Assembly (NCBI GenBank): GCA_000004985.1
Contig: GG738864.1
Direction: 5' to 3' (one strand)
DNA: 64,000 bases
Source of the DNA: Naegleria gruberi
Lineage: Eukaryota
Part shown: positions 10,242 through 21,341 of the stretch, piece after piece
Position numbering within the stretch: position 1 is the first letter of the stretch
How the letters are laid out: every line of letters begins with the position of its first letter
Made by a program: the position numbers and the translations under genes
Notes under the pieces: model-generated
Told to the model about the DNA's origin: nothing
The model's database searches: none
Seen by the model: the letters and a program-made list of their open reading frames with translations, nothing else

Positions 10242-10518
10242 TTTTTTTTTGATTGGCATGATGTGAATTGGATTACAATGATGTTTAATTGAAAGTCCTT
10301 AATGACTATCAAAAATATAAATTTAAGTATGTGTTATGATTGGCCAAAAACTACAAAAATCAAGTGCTCCAATTTGGTAATATATTGTGGGATGGAAAAG
10401 GTATTTGTAATGCTCAGCGGATAGTCCTACAATTTAGGAAGAGCAGGACAAGAATATGTTCACAAAGACTTTACAGTTGAGCCTTAATTCAGAGTGATGT
10501 TGTAAAACGACTACCTCT

Positions 10519-12522
10519 TTATTGAGTCAACTTTTGCTTTTTGAGTGGCCCTTCAGTTGTCGTTGTTGAGCTTTCTTGTTCTTGCTTTATAATAGGTTGT
10601 AAAGGTGGCATTGCAAAAGGAGGTGGTAAAGGTTTTCCGAGTGGCATTCCACCCATTGGATTAAGATAGGGATTATTCATTGAAGGTGGCGGGAATGGTG
10701 AATTTTGGAGAAGTTGAGTAGGATTTGGCAAGAGTGGCATTCCACCAGGAATATTAGAGCTGAGTGGTGGAAGTTGTGGAAGAGATGAACCTGGTTGGAA
10801 GTGAACTGCCATATCTTCAAGATTGGTTAATCCTGGTTTTTGTGGTGTTGTAATAAGTCCAGTTTGATTTGGTAAGAGGAGAGAGCTCGTGGAAGGGGTA
10901 AGATTTACAACTGGTGGCTGTGGAATTGTATCACTTGGAGTCAGTGATGGCATTGGCCATGTATTTGGTGTGGCTTGTTTCTCCTTCTTCTTTGGTTCTG
11001 GTTTCTTGGTTGTTGATGATTTAATCTTTTTAAGAAATACATCTGGTTTGGAAAAGACAGCAAATTGGGATGAAATCTTACTCATTACGAGTTTGTAAGA
11101 ATTACTTGCCATATCCTTTCTGAAAATACTAATATAAAAACAAAACTTTCCTCTCCAGCTAAGAGCCTTTTTCTCGGTTGGCCAAAAGAGTTCAACAACC
11201 CAATTTCTTGTTGTAGGATCCTCAGTAAAACTGTATGTAATAACAGGTGTGCATTCAAGTCCAGTCGCAAATTCTTTAAATTCCTCCTCTTGTCCATTAT
11301 TACCTGAAGCGCAGAGGGTGAAATGAGTCGGATCCACACTATTGATAATATCATCGAATGGTGTGAAAGGAATGCTACTATCTAAAAGTCCAGCACTATC
11401 AATCATGGTACCAGGCGAATCTGCCCCATTATTAGAGCTAGCATTGTTGTTGTTTGGAGGGAATAGAGATGGATCAATATTGGCATTGGTTTCTTTGGCT
11501 GATTTTTTCTTCTTTGGTGATAGCTCAATATTTTTTGGTTTGTTTGACTTTTTGTCTGTTGTGGTTGTGTTTTCCTTTGGACTAATAGGTGGAATTGTTG
11601 GGAAGGGTTGTGCCACCCTGACCTTAGTGGGCGAAGCAGAGCTCTCCTGACTGTTGGAGCTTTCACTCTTTTGTTGTTGTAATTGCTTGTAGGATTTGAA
11701 TACTTTTGGCATGGCAACTGGTGGATCTTCACGTTTTGGTGGTGCAACACTGATACTCAAAAGGTTTTCAGCAGCAGTGGCCTCCGAGCATTCTGAATCA
11801 TTGGATTCTTCACTTTCATCGGCTGCTGGTTCTATTGTGAGAATTGGAACTGTTGATGATGATGAAGGAGGAGGTGGCAGCAATGTCCCCTGATTATTAG
11901 TGGCTCCATTAGCAAGAGAGTAAGGTGACATAAATGGACCATTGAGTGGTATTGTTGATGGCAGTGGCGTGATTTTTCGTTTTCTCATCTGTGTTAAATT
12001 CTTCAATAATTTCAATTCCACAAAATATCTACTGTGTGGTGTATTTCCTTTCAATTCAAAGAACTTTTCATTCGGTTCGAGTCGGAACTGTATCATGATG
12101 AGAATTGTTTTGATGATGGGCACAACCAAATGGTGATGATGGTTGAAATAAAAATTTTCGCAACCATGATATGATGATGAAGATTGTCATGTTGGTGGTT
12201 GCAAGTATTATTAGGACACAATTAGAAAAAGGTCAAAATTATATCATCAACTATTAACAACAACACATACTTCATAGTGGTGAGTTCTAAAGAGAATGTC
12301 CTTTGGAGATTCCTCTTGATTTTTGATTTTTCTAGAGGTCACTAGAACATTTACATCGGCATCTCTGTTGGATGTATCGACAAAGACAGCACTAGAATGT
12401 TGTAAATATAACAAATTGGTAAATAAATTGAATGTTTTTGCAACATACCTGTCGATTTGGTTCATCCATTTCAGTTCAATTTTGTGAAAATTCTTCTTGG
12501 AAGAGTTCTTGGATTCATTCAT
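10519..12522 (-). CDS. Hypothetical Pro/Ser-rich, probably nuclear, protein with conserved-looking N- and C-terminal blocks. Two exons predicted.
   Basis: Exon 1 is complement(12271..12522): ATG at 12522, MNESKNSSKKNFHKIELKWMNQIDRYVAK...THHYE, then a GTATGT donor. The exon 2 acceptor is probably at about 12087 (..atacag|TTC), reading ...FRLEPNEKFFELKGNTPHSRYFVELK... and continuing in the 10519..12129 ORF. It contains a lysine-rich NLS-like stretch (KKSNKPKNIELSPKKKKSAKE) and a C-terminal conserved block, GLECTPVITYSF..WVVELFWP. Family not recognised. Confidence 0.45.
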
Positions 12523-13251
12523 GATATCAATTAATCGGCTCTGTATTACTAAAAGAATGATATGATGGTGATGATGTAATCAAGTCGGTATGGCATCAAA
12601 GACGAGATCGTGTTGATAATTATATTATTATTAGATCCACATAAGAGTCATCATCATCAAATAATATTCATAGTACAAGCACAAGAATCATATTAATTTT
12701 AGAACAACAACAATGTAAGCTCTTATCAGAGTTCATATCAAACACTTACCAAAATATCTAACAATGATGATAATAATAATATTCCTTTTCTTTCAAATCG
12801 TAACAACAACTTGTTCTTATTGTATTGATGATGATAAATATCCAATACAAAAAATCCGAAATTGTATTTTCTTCTTGTTGTCGTTGCAAAGCAGAGTTGT
12901 GCGGTTCTTGCTTGTTGTGATGTGGTGTTTGAAGCTTTTAAAAAAAATTCAAGCCGCAACTTTAATTCTTTTTATTGGTTGAATTTTTTCTTGGCTTGGT
13001 TACAACGGTGATGAGTTCCTTTTTGCTTGTCATGGTGGCAAGTTCCCGCAAGCAATGAAGAAAGAATCTTTTTGCCGCCAAGAAGGAAAAAATGAAATAG
13101 GAAAATACGCAAACATTCTTATGTGAGGTGGTTAGATAATTGGGCTTTTGCTACTTGACTAAGCAATAAATTGGATATCGGAAGATATGGATAATGTACA
13201 ATTTGATATTTAAATTGATGAATAATATCGAAAGTAATTGATGATGATGAT

Positions 13252-15238
13252 TTATTTCTTGCAATTAGCTTGTTCAATTACGTGGGTCAAATTGAAGAGG
13301 GCAGAGAACTCAGTGATGAGCAAATTTTCATCAAATTGGAACCAATTGATAACACGATACTTTACGTGGCAACCTTTCTTGTTGAATTGAGAAATGTTCT
13401 TTGAGAAACCAGCATATAAATTATTGACTTCAATCTTACTTGTAATATCCTCTGTGATGTTGACTAAAGTATCAAAGAAGCTTGCAAAGTTGTCAATGAT
13501 TTGTTTCTTACCCTTCACATTATTGGATCCTATTGGAATATTGACCTGTGAATCGATGGCAAACAAACTATCCAATAGTGGAATGTCTCTTTCAACTTGT
13601 CCTTTCTGGAAGAGATGAACTCGCTTGATAATTTCCTCATCTCTTGTGGATTTAACACTTTGTTTGTTGGAGTTATCAATGTGAATCAATTTGGAACTCT
13701 CTTTGGCAATATCATAATTGGAACCAATACTTTGTTTAAAATTGAAAAAGTTGCTTGGATCATACTTTCTCTTGATTTCCAATAATCTATTGTAGAAATC
13801 TCCATAATATTCACTCTTCCAATTTGGTAACTTGTCATCAATATAGTTAACGTAAGCACCATCGAAATTGTACTTGACTTTGGAGTAAAATTCTTCAATC
13901 CATTTAGAATTTGTTGTATGTTCTTCCTTCCTATCAAAAATTGCCTTAAACTCAAAGGTAAATTCAGCATTTCTTCTATAGAATGCAGTGGACTCGAGAG
14001 GAATTTCACGAACTCTGCCACCAACATGAGAAAAGATAACCATAGAATGCTTTGATGGTCTATTCTTGACATATTTGTAAATGGTTGCAACAAAGTCACC
14101 ATTGAAATTTCCCAAATTAACCAGGCCAGACTTGACAATACCATATCTATTCTTAATATCAGTAGTGCCAGATGAGAAGGTTTTCATAAATTCTGGGAAT
14201 GTTTGCTTTTTGTGGAAACTCAAAATTCCATTCATTGAGAGGAATGGTTCAATCAATCTTGTTCCCTCTGCAAAATCTCCATTGTAAACAAAAGTCAAAC
14301 AGAATTGATCTTGTAAAATATTAGGGACTTGGAAGAAGAGACCATAAGCAGTCATCTCCTTTGGAATTGATTGAGTCCAGTGATTATAGAATTGCAATAC
14401 ATTAAGCGATTGTTCAAAAGTCCAACATATTTGTGAGGTCATGATTGGTTTCGATTGGTAAACTCTTGTCTTTATGGCAGTCATTACTCCAAAATTACCA
14501 CCACCTCCACCTCTGAGAGCCCAATATAAATCAGGATATGAATTATTATTCACATGAACATAGTCACCATTTGCCAAGACCACATCAAATTCAATAACTT
14601 GATCACTTCCCAATCCATAGGAACGAGACAACATGGAATAGCCTCCTCCCAAAGTAAATCCTGAAACTCCAACCTATAGAGATGAATTATTAAAAGAAAT
14701 TATTAAGAAAAAGATGCAAGAACAAACATACATGTGGACAAGTTCCAGCAACAGGAACAAATGGAGCCAAGGCTGGATAAATTGTATTCCATTGCAATCC
14801 AGCTTCAATATAAGCAATTCCATTCACGGTATCGATAACTTGTGTCTTGTTGAAATATCTCATATCCAACACAAGTTCAGGATTCAATGAATAACCAACA
14901 GCTGAATGTCCACCACATTTAGCACTAAATTGCACTTGATATTTGGATGCAAATTTGACAGTTTCCTGCACATCACGTACATCCAATGGCAATACTACCA
15001 CACGAGGTCTAATCTGATACGAACCATTATCGATATAAATTGATTCATTATACAAATGTGCAAGTTGTGAATTCGATTCAGTACTACTAATTAATTGACC
15101 TTTCAATTTTGCAGTCAGTTCGTGATAGGGAATATTCGACACATGACTAATGGCCGTGATCGGATCCAACAACAAGATACATTCAACAATAAACAACACA
15201 ACAGCAGAGATAATCAGCTGATATCGGAGTCGAGACAT
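13252..15238 (-). CDS. FAD-linked oxidoreductase of the berberine-bridge-enzyme-like / vanillyl-alcohol-oxidase fold (PCMH-type FAD-binding domain). Secreted.
   Basis: complement(join(13252..14673, 14732..15238)). ATG at 15238 (MSRLRYQLIISAVVLFIV..., a signal peptide). Exon 1 ends ...AGTCPH|GTATGT. A 58-nt phase-0 intron follows. Exon 2 begins VGVSGFTLGGGYSMLSRSYGLGSDQVIEFDVVLANG...ALRGGGGGNFGV. These are typical BBE/FAD_binding_4 motifs. Confidence 0.8.
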
Positions 15239-15552
15239 TTTTTTGTAATTTAATTCAATGTGTGAGAAGTATATATTTACTGTTGTTGATTTCAAAGACA
15301 GGAGTGTAAGATAATAGCACAGTTACATTCATACAAGTCGATTCGCCATCTTTGAACTGGGGAAGGATGTATTTCAAGGATTGCTGCGGAGGAAATAATT
15401 GGTGCGAGGCAAAAAAAATGAATAATACGTTCTCTAGCATAACCATATGGAGTTGTTTAAAAGATTTTAAATGGATGCTAATCGATTTGAAAATTGATGG
15501 TAATCTTTGATCTAGCTCACCTAATACATTTTTTGTAAATAATTTTACAATA

Positions 15553-18456
15553 ATGGTGGGCAATCTTCTCAGTTTTTCTACTTCTAACTGGAAAGTAGAA
15601 AAAATGGCATCACACCAAGCAGAGGAAATTTATTCATGTGCTAATAATCATGATCGGAATGATGTGATGATGAGTAGTAGTAATAGTGTTGTTATTAATG
15701 ATCGTCGCGGAATTTTCAAGTCAATTCCTAAAGAAGTTATTTTACAAATTTTCTGTTACTTGTATAAACCAGAAGAGTTTCAAGGCTTTGCGTTGACTTG
15801 TAAATTATGTTATGAAGTGTACGCTGAGGAAATGTCAATGAGTTTGGATGGAATTAGATTGGATTATTTGAATGGTGTGGATCGAAGTGGAAAACCTAAT
15901 CGATTGATTGAATTATTTTCTATGAATGATGGAATGTCGGCTGACAAGTTGGCCATTGATTATGATAGTTACTTTAGAAAGAAGGGGGAATTTTATGAAC
16001 AGTATTTAGTGGATGAGATTCCAAAGTGCACTAACAAAAAGCTTGATAATGAGGATGACATAGTGGATGAAGAGGAATACCTGGAAGAAATGCAAACATG
16101 TATTCCATACCAGGGCGAATCGTCTAATGATTCTGATGAAGAAGAGAGTGAGGAAAGGAAAAAGGTATTCAAATTTCCATTTGTAAATACTTTAGAAAAA
16201 TTCAAAGAGAGATTGAATGAAATTCTGAAAAACAATGCTATGGCTAAAAAGGTAACGGAATGTCTGAATCATTTTAACAATACTACAAAGACCAATGTTA
16301 GATTCATTATTGCAGGTGGATTTGTTACACATCTGGTATCTAATTGTGGTTGTTGTGATATTGATATTTTCACAATTTCTAATGGGTCTAGTGACGAAAT
16401 TATCGATCATTCACTGAAACAAGTATTAACTCATATTGCTATGGAGCTTCGAAAGGAAAAGGTAGATTATAATATATTAAAGACTAATGGCACATTGAAT
16501 CTATTACCAATTACCAATGGAATTAAATCCAATCTGTGTCACAGATATCCAGATGCTGGTCCTATGGATGAAGATGAACTCCCTTGCCAGTTCGTATTGA
16601 GAAGAGTACAATCAATTGAAGAATTAATGTGCTTCTTTGATATTGATTGTTGTAGATTTTGTTACGATTTTGAGAGTGTGTACACCATATTGGAAGGGCT
16701 TAGATCCATGAAATTTAAACTCAATTTTGTTGCCAGACGTCATATTCACACTGGTCTCTATGTAAATAGAGCCATCAAATATAGTAGAAGAGGATTGGAT
16801 ACACTGTGTGTTGATTTGCACCCATTTGAACACAGACTCCATGCACAAACATTCATGACATGGCTCAGAGAATTTTTAAGCTCACATTTCACGGGAATGG
16901 CTGATGAGGGAGACTATGATGATCCATACTTTAATGACGAATCTTGGAATGGTTTTAACACAATAGCTCCATACATGTATATTGACAAGTATGCTGGAGA
17001 TTCTGACTTTGACGAAGAGCCTTACTATTCTATCGTATTGAAAAGTTTGGATTATTGGCTTGTGAAATGTGTTTTGGATAATGGATTGCGTGATGCAATG
17101 TATTCATTCGAGGCAAATGGTGATTACAGGGATGGAAGATGGACGAATGCATTAAAGGATATCACGATAGTGCATAACGTAGAGAAAAATCCTGTTATCG
17201 AGTCAATCATTGAGCACATTGAAAAATATGATATTCACTACTTTTGTCATACCATTGAAGAGTTACTCATCAAACATCCATCCATGTACATTACTGAAGG
17301 TTATTTGGATAGCCATCTCAAAAGCAAGTATGGATTCGATAGGTGCTACTTGTGCAATCAATACAAGATGGACGGCTTTAAATCCATGTGTCACAAATGT
17401 AAATATTGGAATATTGGAATGGAAAAGATGCATAGAGATCTTTCTGGAAAAGTTGCAATCGTTACAGGAGGAAGATGTAAAATAGGTTATGAAACTAGTT
17501 TGCTATTATTGAGAATGAAAGCAACTGTAGTGGTCACAACAAGATTTGGCTTTAATGCACTCTCGAAATTCCAGAAAGAAAGCGACTATAAGGAATGGAA
17601 AGATAATTTGATTATTTACCCTCTGAATTTGAAACATGGACCATCAGTTGTGGAATTTACAACATTTATCAAATCAAAATTCAAGCATGTGGACTTTTTA
17701 GTGAATAATGCAGCTCAAACAGTAAGAAGGCCAGTACCATATTTCACACCTTTGGTTGCAATTGAAAAAAGCCACTCACAATCTTTATATTTGCCATTAG
17801 GATTGGAAGAGAATAGCAGTGAATCCAACACAACACTAGCAGTCAAGGATCTCACCAAACAATTGGTGAATAATGCTCTCAATAGTACTCTTGAAGCTCT
17901 CACTCCGGAGGATTCTACCTATGAATTTAGAAAGGAATTGGATAAGTTTGGTGAATTAATTGATCATCGAACTAGACATACTTGGAATATGGCTCTAAAT
18001 GAAACAAGCACTGCTGAAATAATTGAATGTCAAATGGTGAATAGTATTGCTCCAACACTTTTAGTTTCCAAATTGACTGATTTGCTGAGACCTCAATTGA
18101 GTGATGAGGAATTACTGTCCATTGATTTTGAAAATAACTCACCATATTCGTATGTGGTTAATGTAACTTCACATGAGGGCTCTTTCAATACTACAGGAAA
18201 AACAGATTTCCACATTCAAACCAATCTTTCTAAGGCATCACTCAACATGTTGACGCATTCAGCCGCTAATCAACTTGCCAAACAAGGAATATTGATGAAT
18301 TCGGTGGATGTTGGTTGGATTTCTTCATCTATTCCAACATTTAAAGATCCACCTTTAAAATGTATTGATGGTGCTTACAGAATTTTACATCCAATCCTCA
18401 CCAATTCCACCAGTTATGGTAAATTATTCAAAGACTATAAAGTTGTTGAGTGGTAG
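15553..18456 (+). CDS. Multi-domain protein: an N-terminal F-box-like motif, a central Pol-beta-type nucleotidyltransferase-like motif, and a C-terminal short-chain dehydrogenase/reductase (SDR) Rossmann domain.
   Basis: Uninterrupted 967-aa ORF with ATGs at 15553 and about 15604. The F-box-like motif is IPKEVILQIFCYLYKPEEF. The NTase-like signature is RFIIAGGFVTHLVSNCGCCDIDIF (hGG-x12-DhDh), with a further acidic motif FFDIDCC. The SDR signatures are LSGKVAIVTGGRCKIGYETSLLL (TGxxxxIG) and LVNNAAQ. The canonical YxxxK Tyr is not obvious (..QTNLSKASL..). Confidence 0.65.
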   Translation: MVGNLLSFSTSNWKVEKMASHQAEEIYSCANNHDRNDVMMSSSNSVVINDRRGIFKSIPKEVILQIFCYLYKPEEFQGFALTCKLCYEVYAEEMSMSLDGIRLDYLNGVDRSGKPNRLIELFSMNDGMSADKLAIDYDSYFRKKGEFYEQYLVDEIPKCTNKKLDNEDDIVDEEEYLEEMQTCIPYQGESSNDSDEEESEERKKVFKFPFVNTLEKFKERLNEILKNNAMAKKVTECLNHFNNTTKTNVRFIIAGGFVTHLVSNCGCCDIDIFTISNGSSDEIIDHSLKQVLTHIAMELRKEKVDYNILKTNGTLNLLPITNGIKSNLCHRYPDAGPMDEDELPCQFVLRRVQSIEELMCFFDIDCCRFCYDFESVYTILEGLRSMKFKLNFVARRHIHTGLYVNRAIKYSRRGLDTLCVDLHPFEHRLHAQTFMTWLREFLSSHFTGMADEGDYDDPYFNDESWNGFNTIAPYMYIDKYAGDSDFDEEPYYSIVLKSLDYWLVKCVLDNGLRDAMYSFEANGDYRDGRWTNALKDITIVHNVEKNPVIESIIEHIEKYDIHYFCHTIEELLIKHPSMYITEGYLDSHLKSKYGFDRCYLCNQYKMDGFKSMCHKCKYWNIGMEKMHRDLSGKVAIVTGGRCKIGYETSLLLLRMKATVVVTTRFGFNALSKFQKESDYKEWKDNLIIYPLNLKHGPSVVEFTTFIKSKFKHVDFLVNNAAQTVRRPVPYFTPLVAIEKSHSQSLYLPLGLEENSSESNTTLAVKDLTKQLVNNALNSTLEALTPEDSTYEFRKELDKFGELIDHRTRHTWNMALNETSTAEIIECQMVNSIAPTLLVSKLTDLLRPQLSDEELLSIDFENNSPYSYVVNVTSHEGSFNTTGKTDFHIQTNLSKASLNMLTHSAANQLAKQGILMNSVDVGWISSSIPTFKDPPLKCIDGAYRILHPILTNSTSYGKLFKDYKVVEW

Positions 18457-18495
18457 CTTTGTTTGTACTGGCAAGAAACTTGGCAAATTATTAGT

Positions 18496-20816
18496 TTATT
18501 GCACTAAACATTTCTTTTGTGGACGAACTTTACTACAATAATTGTCATCTCTGGTGACGGCAATTGTTCTCAAAATGACACTACTCAAATCATCAATGCC
18601 ATATCCTGTTTTGGAGCTAGTTTCAATATAAGTGGCACAACCCATCTTTTTGGCCATCAACTCTCCTTGTTCGAATGTGATTGGTTTTTCTTCATATTTA
18701 AGAATGAACTCCTTATTAAGAATTGAATCAGTACGATAGTCAATCTTGGTATTCACTAATGCCACAGGAGTGTCAGGACAGTGGTGTCTGATTTCTGGAA
18801 GCCATTTGGTGACAACATTGAAAAATGAAGCCTCTGACACACAACTAAAGTTCACTAAGAACAAAGATGTCCCTGGGTAGGACTATTACAATATTATTAC
18901 AAAAAATATAATTTCAATACTTACCAATGGACGCAATCTAAATAATATTAAGAAAACAAAAATAAAAATGATTAATTACCTATCATAATCTAAAATTGAT
19001 TAATTTCAATTAAATCCATTCAAAAAAAACTTACCTTCAGGACCAGCAGTATCCCTTTGTAAATGTTAACAATTATTAAAGAGATAGCTCAAATAACTTA
19101 CCATAGACCGATTGAATAAGTCTTGTCTTCAACTTTTACACTGATATTGTGATTGTCAAACACAGTTGGAATATAATCATTTGGATAATCTCCAGAAGTA
19201 TACCGTATTAATAGTGTTGTTTTACCAACTGCTCCATCTCCTACCGCAACAACCTTAAAAACACCATAAGGAGGATACTTGTCTAACATTTCAACCACAT
19301 GAGAATAGTTTAAAAGTTCAGACTTGGAACAATACTGTCTACCATCTGTACGTTGTTTTACCTCCTCAATTTTCAATGTTCTTTCAATATTCTTCTTTTC
19401 AACTTTTGACATGATGGCTTGAACAGCTTGAATGAGATTTTCCTTGTAATTTGACTTTTTACGTAAATAGGAATCGAAAATTCTTGATTGAGTGGTATCA
19501 AAAACATATTTACGAAGCACATAATCATAGGAACCAACAGTTTGCTTTGATGCCTTCTTAAAATCACTCAATTTTTTGAAATAAAAATCTTCCCAATATT
19601 GATCTTCAGTTGTTAAAGTGCAAATTCTCAATGATTTGGAAACCAAATGTAATTTCATTAAATCTTGAATGCTAAGAAATGATAGAACTGTTCTGAAAAT
19701 GTCATCATTCACCTTCTCATTAAATAAGTCAATATTAAATGAGCTTGTTTCTGATTTGATTATTGATTTTCCATCTTTCTTACTTGAAGTAATAGACGTA
19801 GTTGTTGGTGGAGAAACTGTAAAAACGTCAGGAGTCTTTTGAAATAATCCTCCAACTACAAAATAAGTAATAGAGGAATCAGTGGAAGGAATTTGCACAA
19901 GAGCATGAAGTACAGGTTGAGCTTCTTCCTTATTAGAATCATTGAAAATGGATGAAAGAGAATGAGTTGTATCAATCTTCCAACCTTGGCTAACATTTCC
20001 CAAATCAAGACATGTACAATCTGTGAAATTTTGATTTTGATTACAACCACCAACACTATACAATGTGTTTCCTTCCAAAACCATTGAATGTCCATATCTA
20101 GCAAACTGTTCACTCAAATTTGATGCAATAATCTCAGCATTAACTACCAATCTGTCAACACTCTCTACCAATGAATCAAGTGAAATCTTAATTGTATCTC
20201 TAATAATGGAATTAGCTGTTTTACCTCCATGAATATACCACTCTCCTGTTTCCTGATTCAAAACAGATGCATGATGATATCTCTTTGCAATTTGTTGTGA
20301 ATTTGATTCAATTTCCACAACTTTCCATTCAAATGTAGTCAAATTCAATTTGAATAATTCATTGGATGCAAAGCTATTATTATCATAACCACCAAACACA
20401 AATAATTGATCCTTAAAAACCACAGCTGATTGACCATAACGAGGAGAAATCAAATCTGATCCACTAGTCTGTAACTGTGTCCATAAATTATGTTCAAATT
20501 GATACAACCAAACATCTTTATGAAAACCATTCGATTTACCACCAAATAAAATCATTTCGTCTCGATTTCTCAAATAGGCAGAGTGACAATTTCTTGCACA
20601 TGGAATTAATTGTTGTTCTTGTTGATCAATTGATGTTAAATTCCTCCACAATTGTGTTGTAACATTAATTTCAATTAGATCATTACAATAAATGAGTGGT
20701 CTTGCTGAGGAAATGTCTGGATTTTTAATATAACCTCCGAATAGATAGATTTTATTGTTGTCTCTGTAAACACCGCTGTGACCAATACGAAGTGGTAGTG
20801 TGGAGAGTAATGACAT
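18496..20816 (-). CDS. Kelch-repeat beta-propeller, an F-box-like motif, and a C-terminal Rac/Rho-family small GTPase domain in one polypeptide. Five exons including three micro-exons.
   Basis: complement(join(18496..18882, 18925..18937, 18980..18989, 19035..19054, 19102..20816)). ATG at 20816 (aaaaaATG). The Kelch motifs are KIYLFGGY, MILFGGKS, QLFVFGGYDN, EWYIHGGK and TLYSVGGCN. The F-box-like motif is IFRTVLSFLSIQDLMKLHLVSKSL. The GTPase G1 motif is KVVAVGDGAVGKTTLLIRYT..IPTVFDN..YSIGLW. The micro-exons spliced with GTAAGT/GTAATT donors restore W|DTAGPE|DYD|RLRPL|SYP...LFLVNFSCVSEASFFNVVTKWLPEIRHHCPDTPVALVNTKIDYR. Introns are 42-47 nt. Confidence 0.8.
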
Positions 20817-21001
20817 TTTTTTTAAAGTTGTTTTGCAAAGTCATGAATCAAAAGTTCAGTGTTCCCTTGATGTAAAATGGAAAGAATCCAAAAATGTTTT
20901 TTAAACCATTTACTTTGAAAATTGGGCTAGCAGTTTGGTTAAATATTTGAAATGGATAAGTCTACAGCATTGAAATTAATGTTAATAACATATGATAAAA
21001 A

Positions 21002-21119
21002 GACTACAGCACCACAGGTTCCCAAGTTGTCTCCAACCTCAGTACTGATGTGGCTCGACGATGCTTAACTTCTCAAATCGGACGGGATGAGGTGCATTCA
21101 TCGTGATATGGCCGTAGCC
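21002..21119 (-). rRNA. 5S ribosomal RNA gene, copy 1 of 3.
   Basis: The minus strand reads GGCTACGGCCATATCACGATGAATGCACCTCATCCCGTCCGATTTGAGAAGTTAAGCATCGTCGAGCCACATCAGTACTGAGGTTGGAGACAACTTGGGAACCTGTGGTGCTGTAGTC followed by TTTTT. It is 118 nt with the 5S consensus blocks (CGGCCATA, CCCGTCCGAT, AAGTTAAGC, AGTACT, GGGAA, GGTGCTGTAG). The 5'/3' ends can pair as helix I, and an oligo-T Pol III terminator follows. Confidence 0.85.
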
Positions 21120-21341
21120 ATTCATTACCTCAAATTGTCAAATATAAATCTTTTATTGTTTATTGATGACTTGCTTCAATTTGATCAAGACATATTCAAC
21201 AAACTTTCCTTGAGATGGAGAGAAAATTTCATGCCCACACTATTAAAGACTTCCTCTTCATGAATTCCTTGCGCACAACAAAACTGAATTCTAACATGAT
21301 TCTCAATACGTGTCATTCAATAAATACTTTTAAAAAAAATA

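Noticed and set aside
12525-12740. Possible C/D-box snoRNA: TGATGA-like boxes in the AT-rich spacer upstream of gene 10519-12522.
   Set aside because: ATGATGA-type strings occur by chance throughout this AT-rich DNA (they are also part of coding GAT/GAA runs). No convincing terminal stem or D box (CTGA) in the right geometry was found.
15255-15563. 102-aa minus-strand ORF between the FAD-oxidase start and the NTase-SDR gene start.
   Set aside because: It lies in the roughly 315-bp divergent promoter, shows no coding-like composition or homology, and begins inside the neighbouring gene's start codon region.
20990-21130. A ~140-bp element repeated three times (also at about 36460-36600 and 48085-48225). 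It first looked like a dispersed SINE/MITE-type mobile element.
   Set aside because: The reverse complement is a textbook 118-nt 5S rRNA with an oligo-T terminator. No poly-A tail, terminal inverted repeats or target-site duplications were seen, so it is annotated as 5S rRNA genes rather than a transposon.
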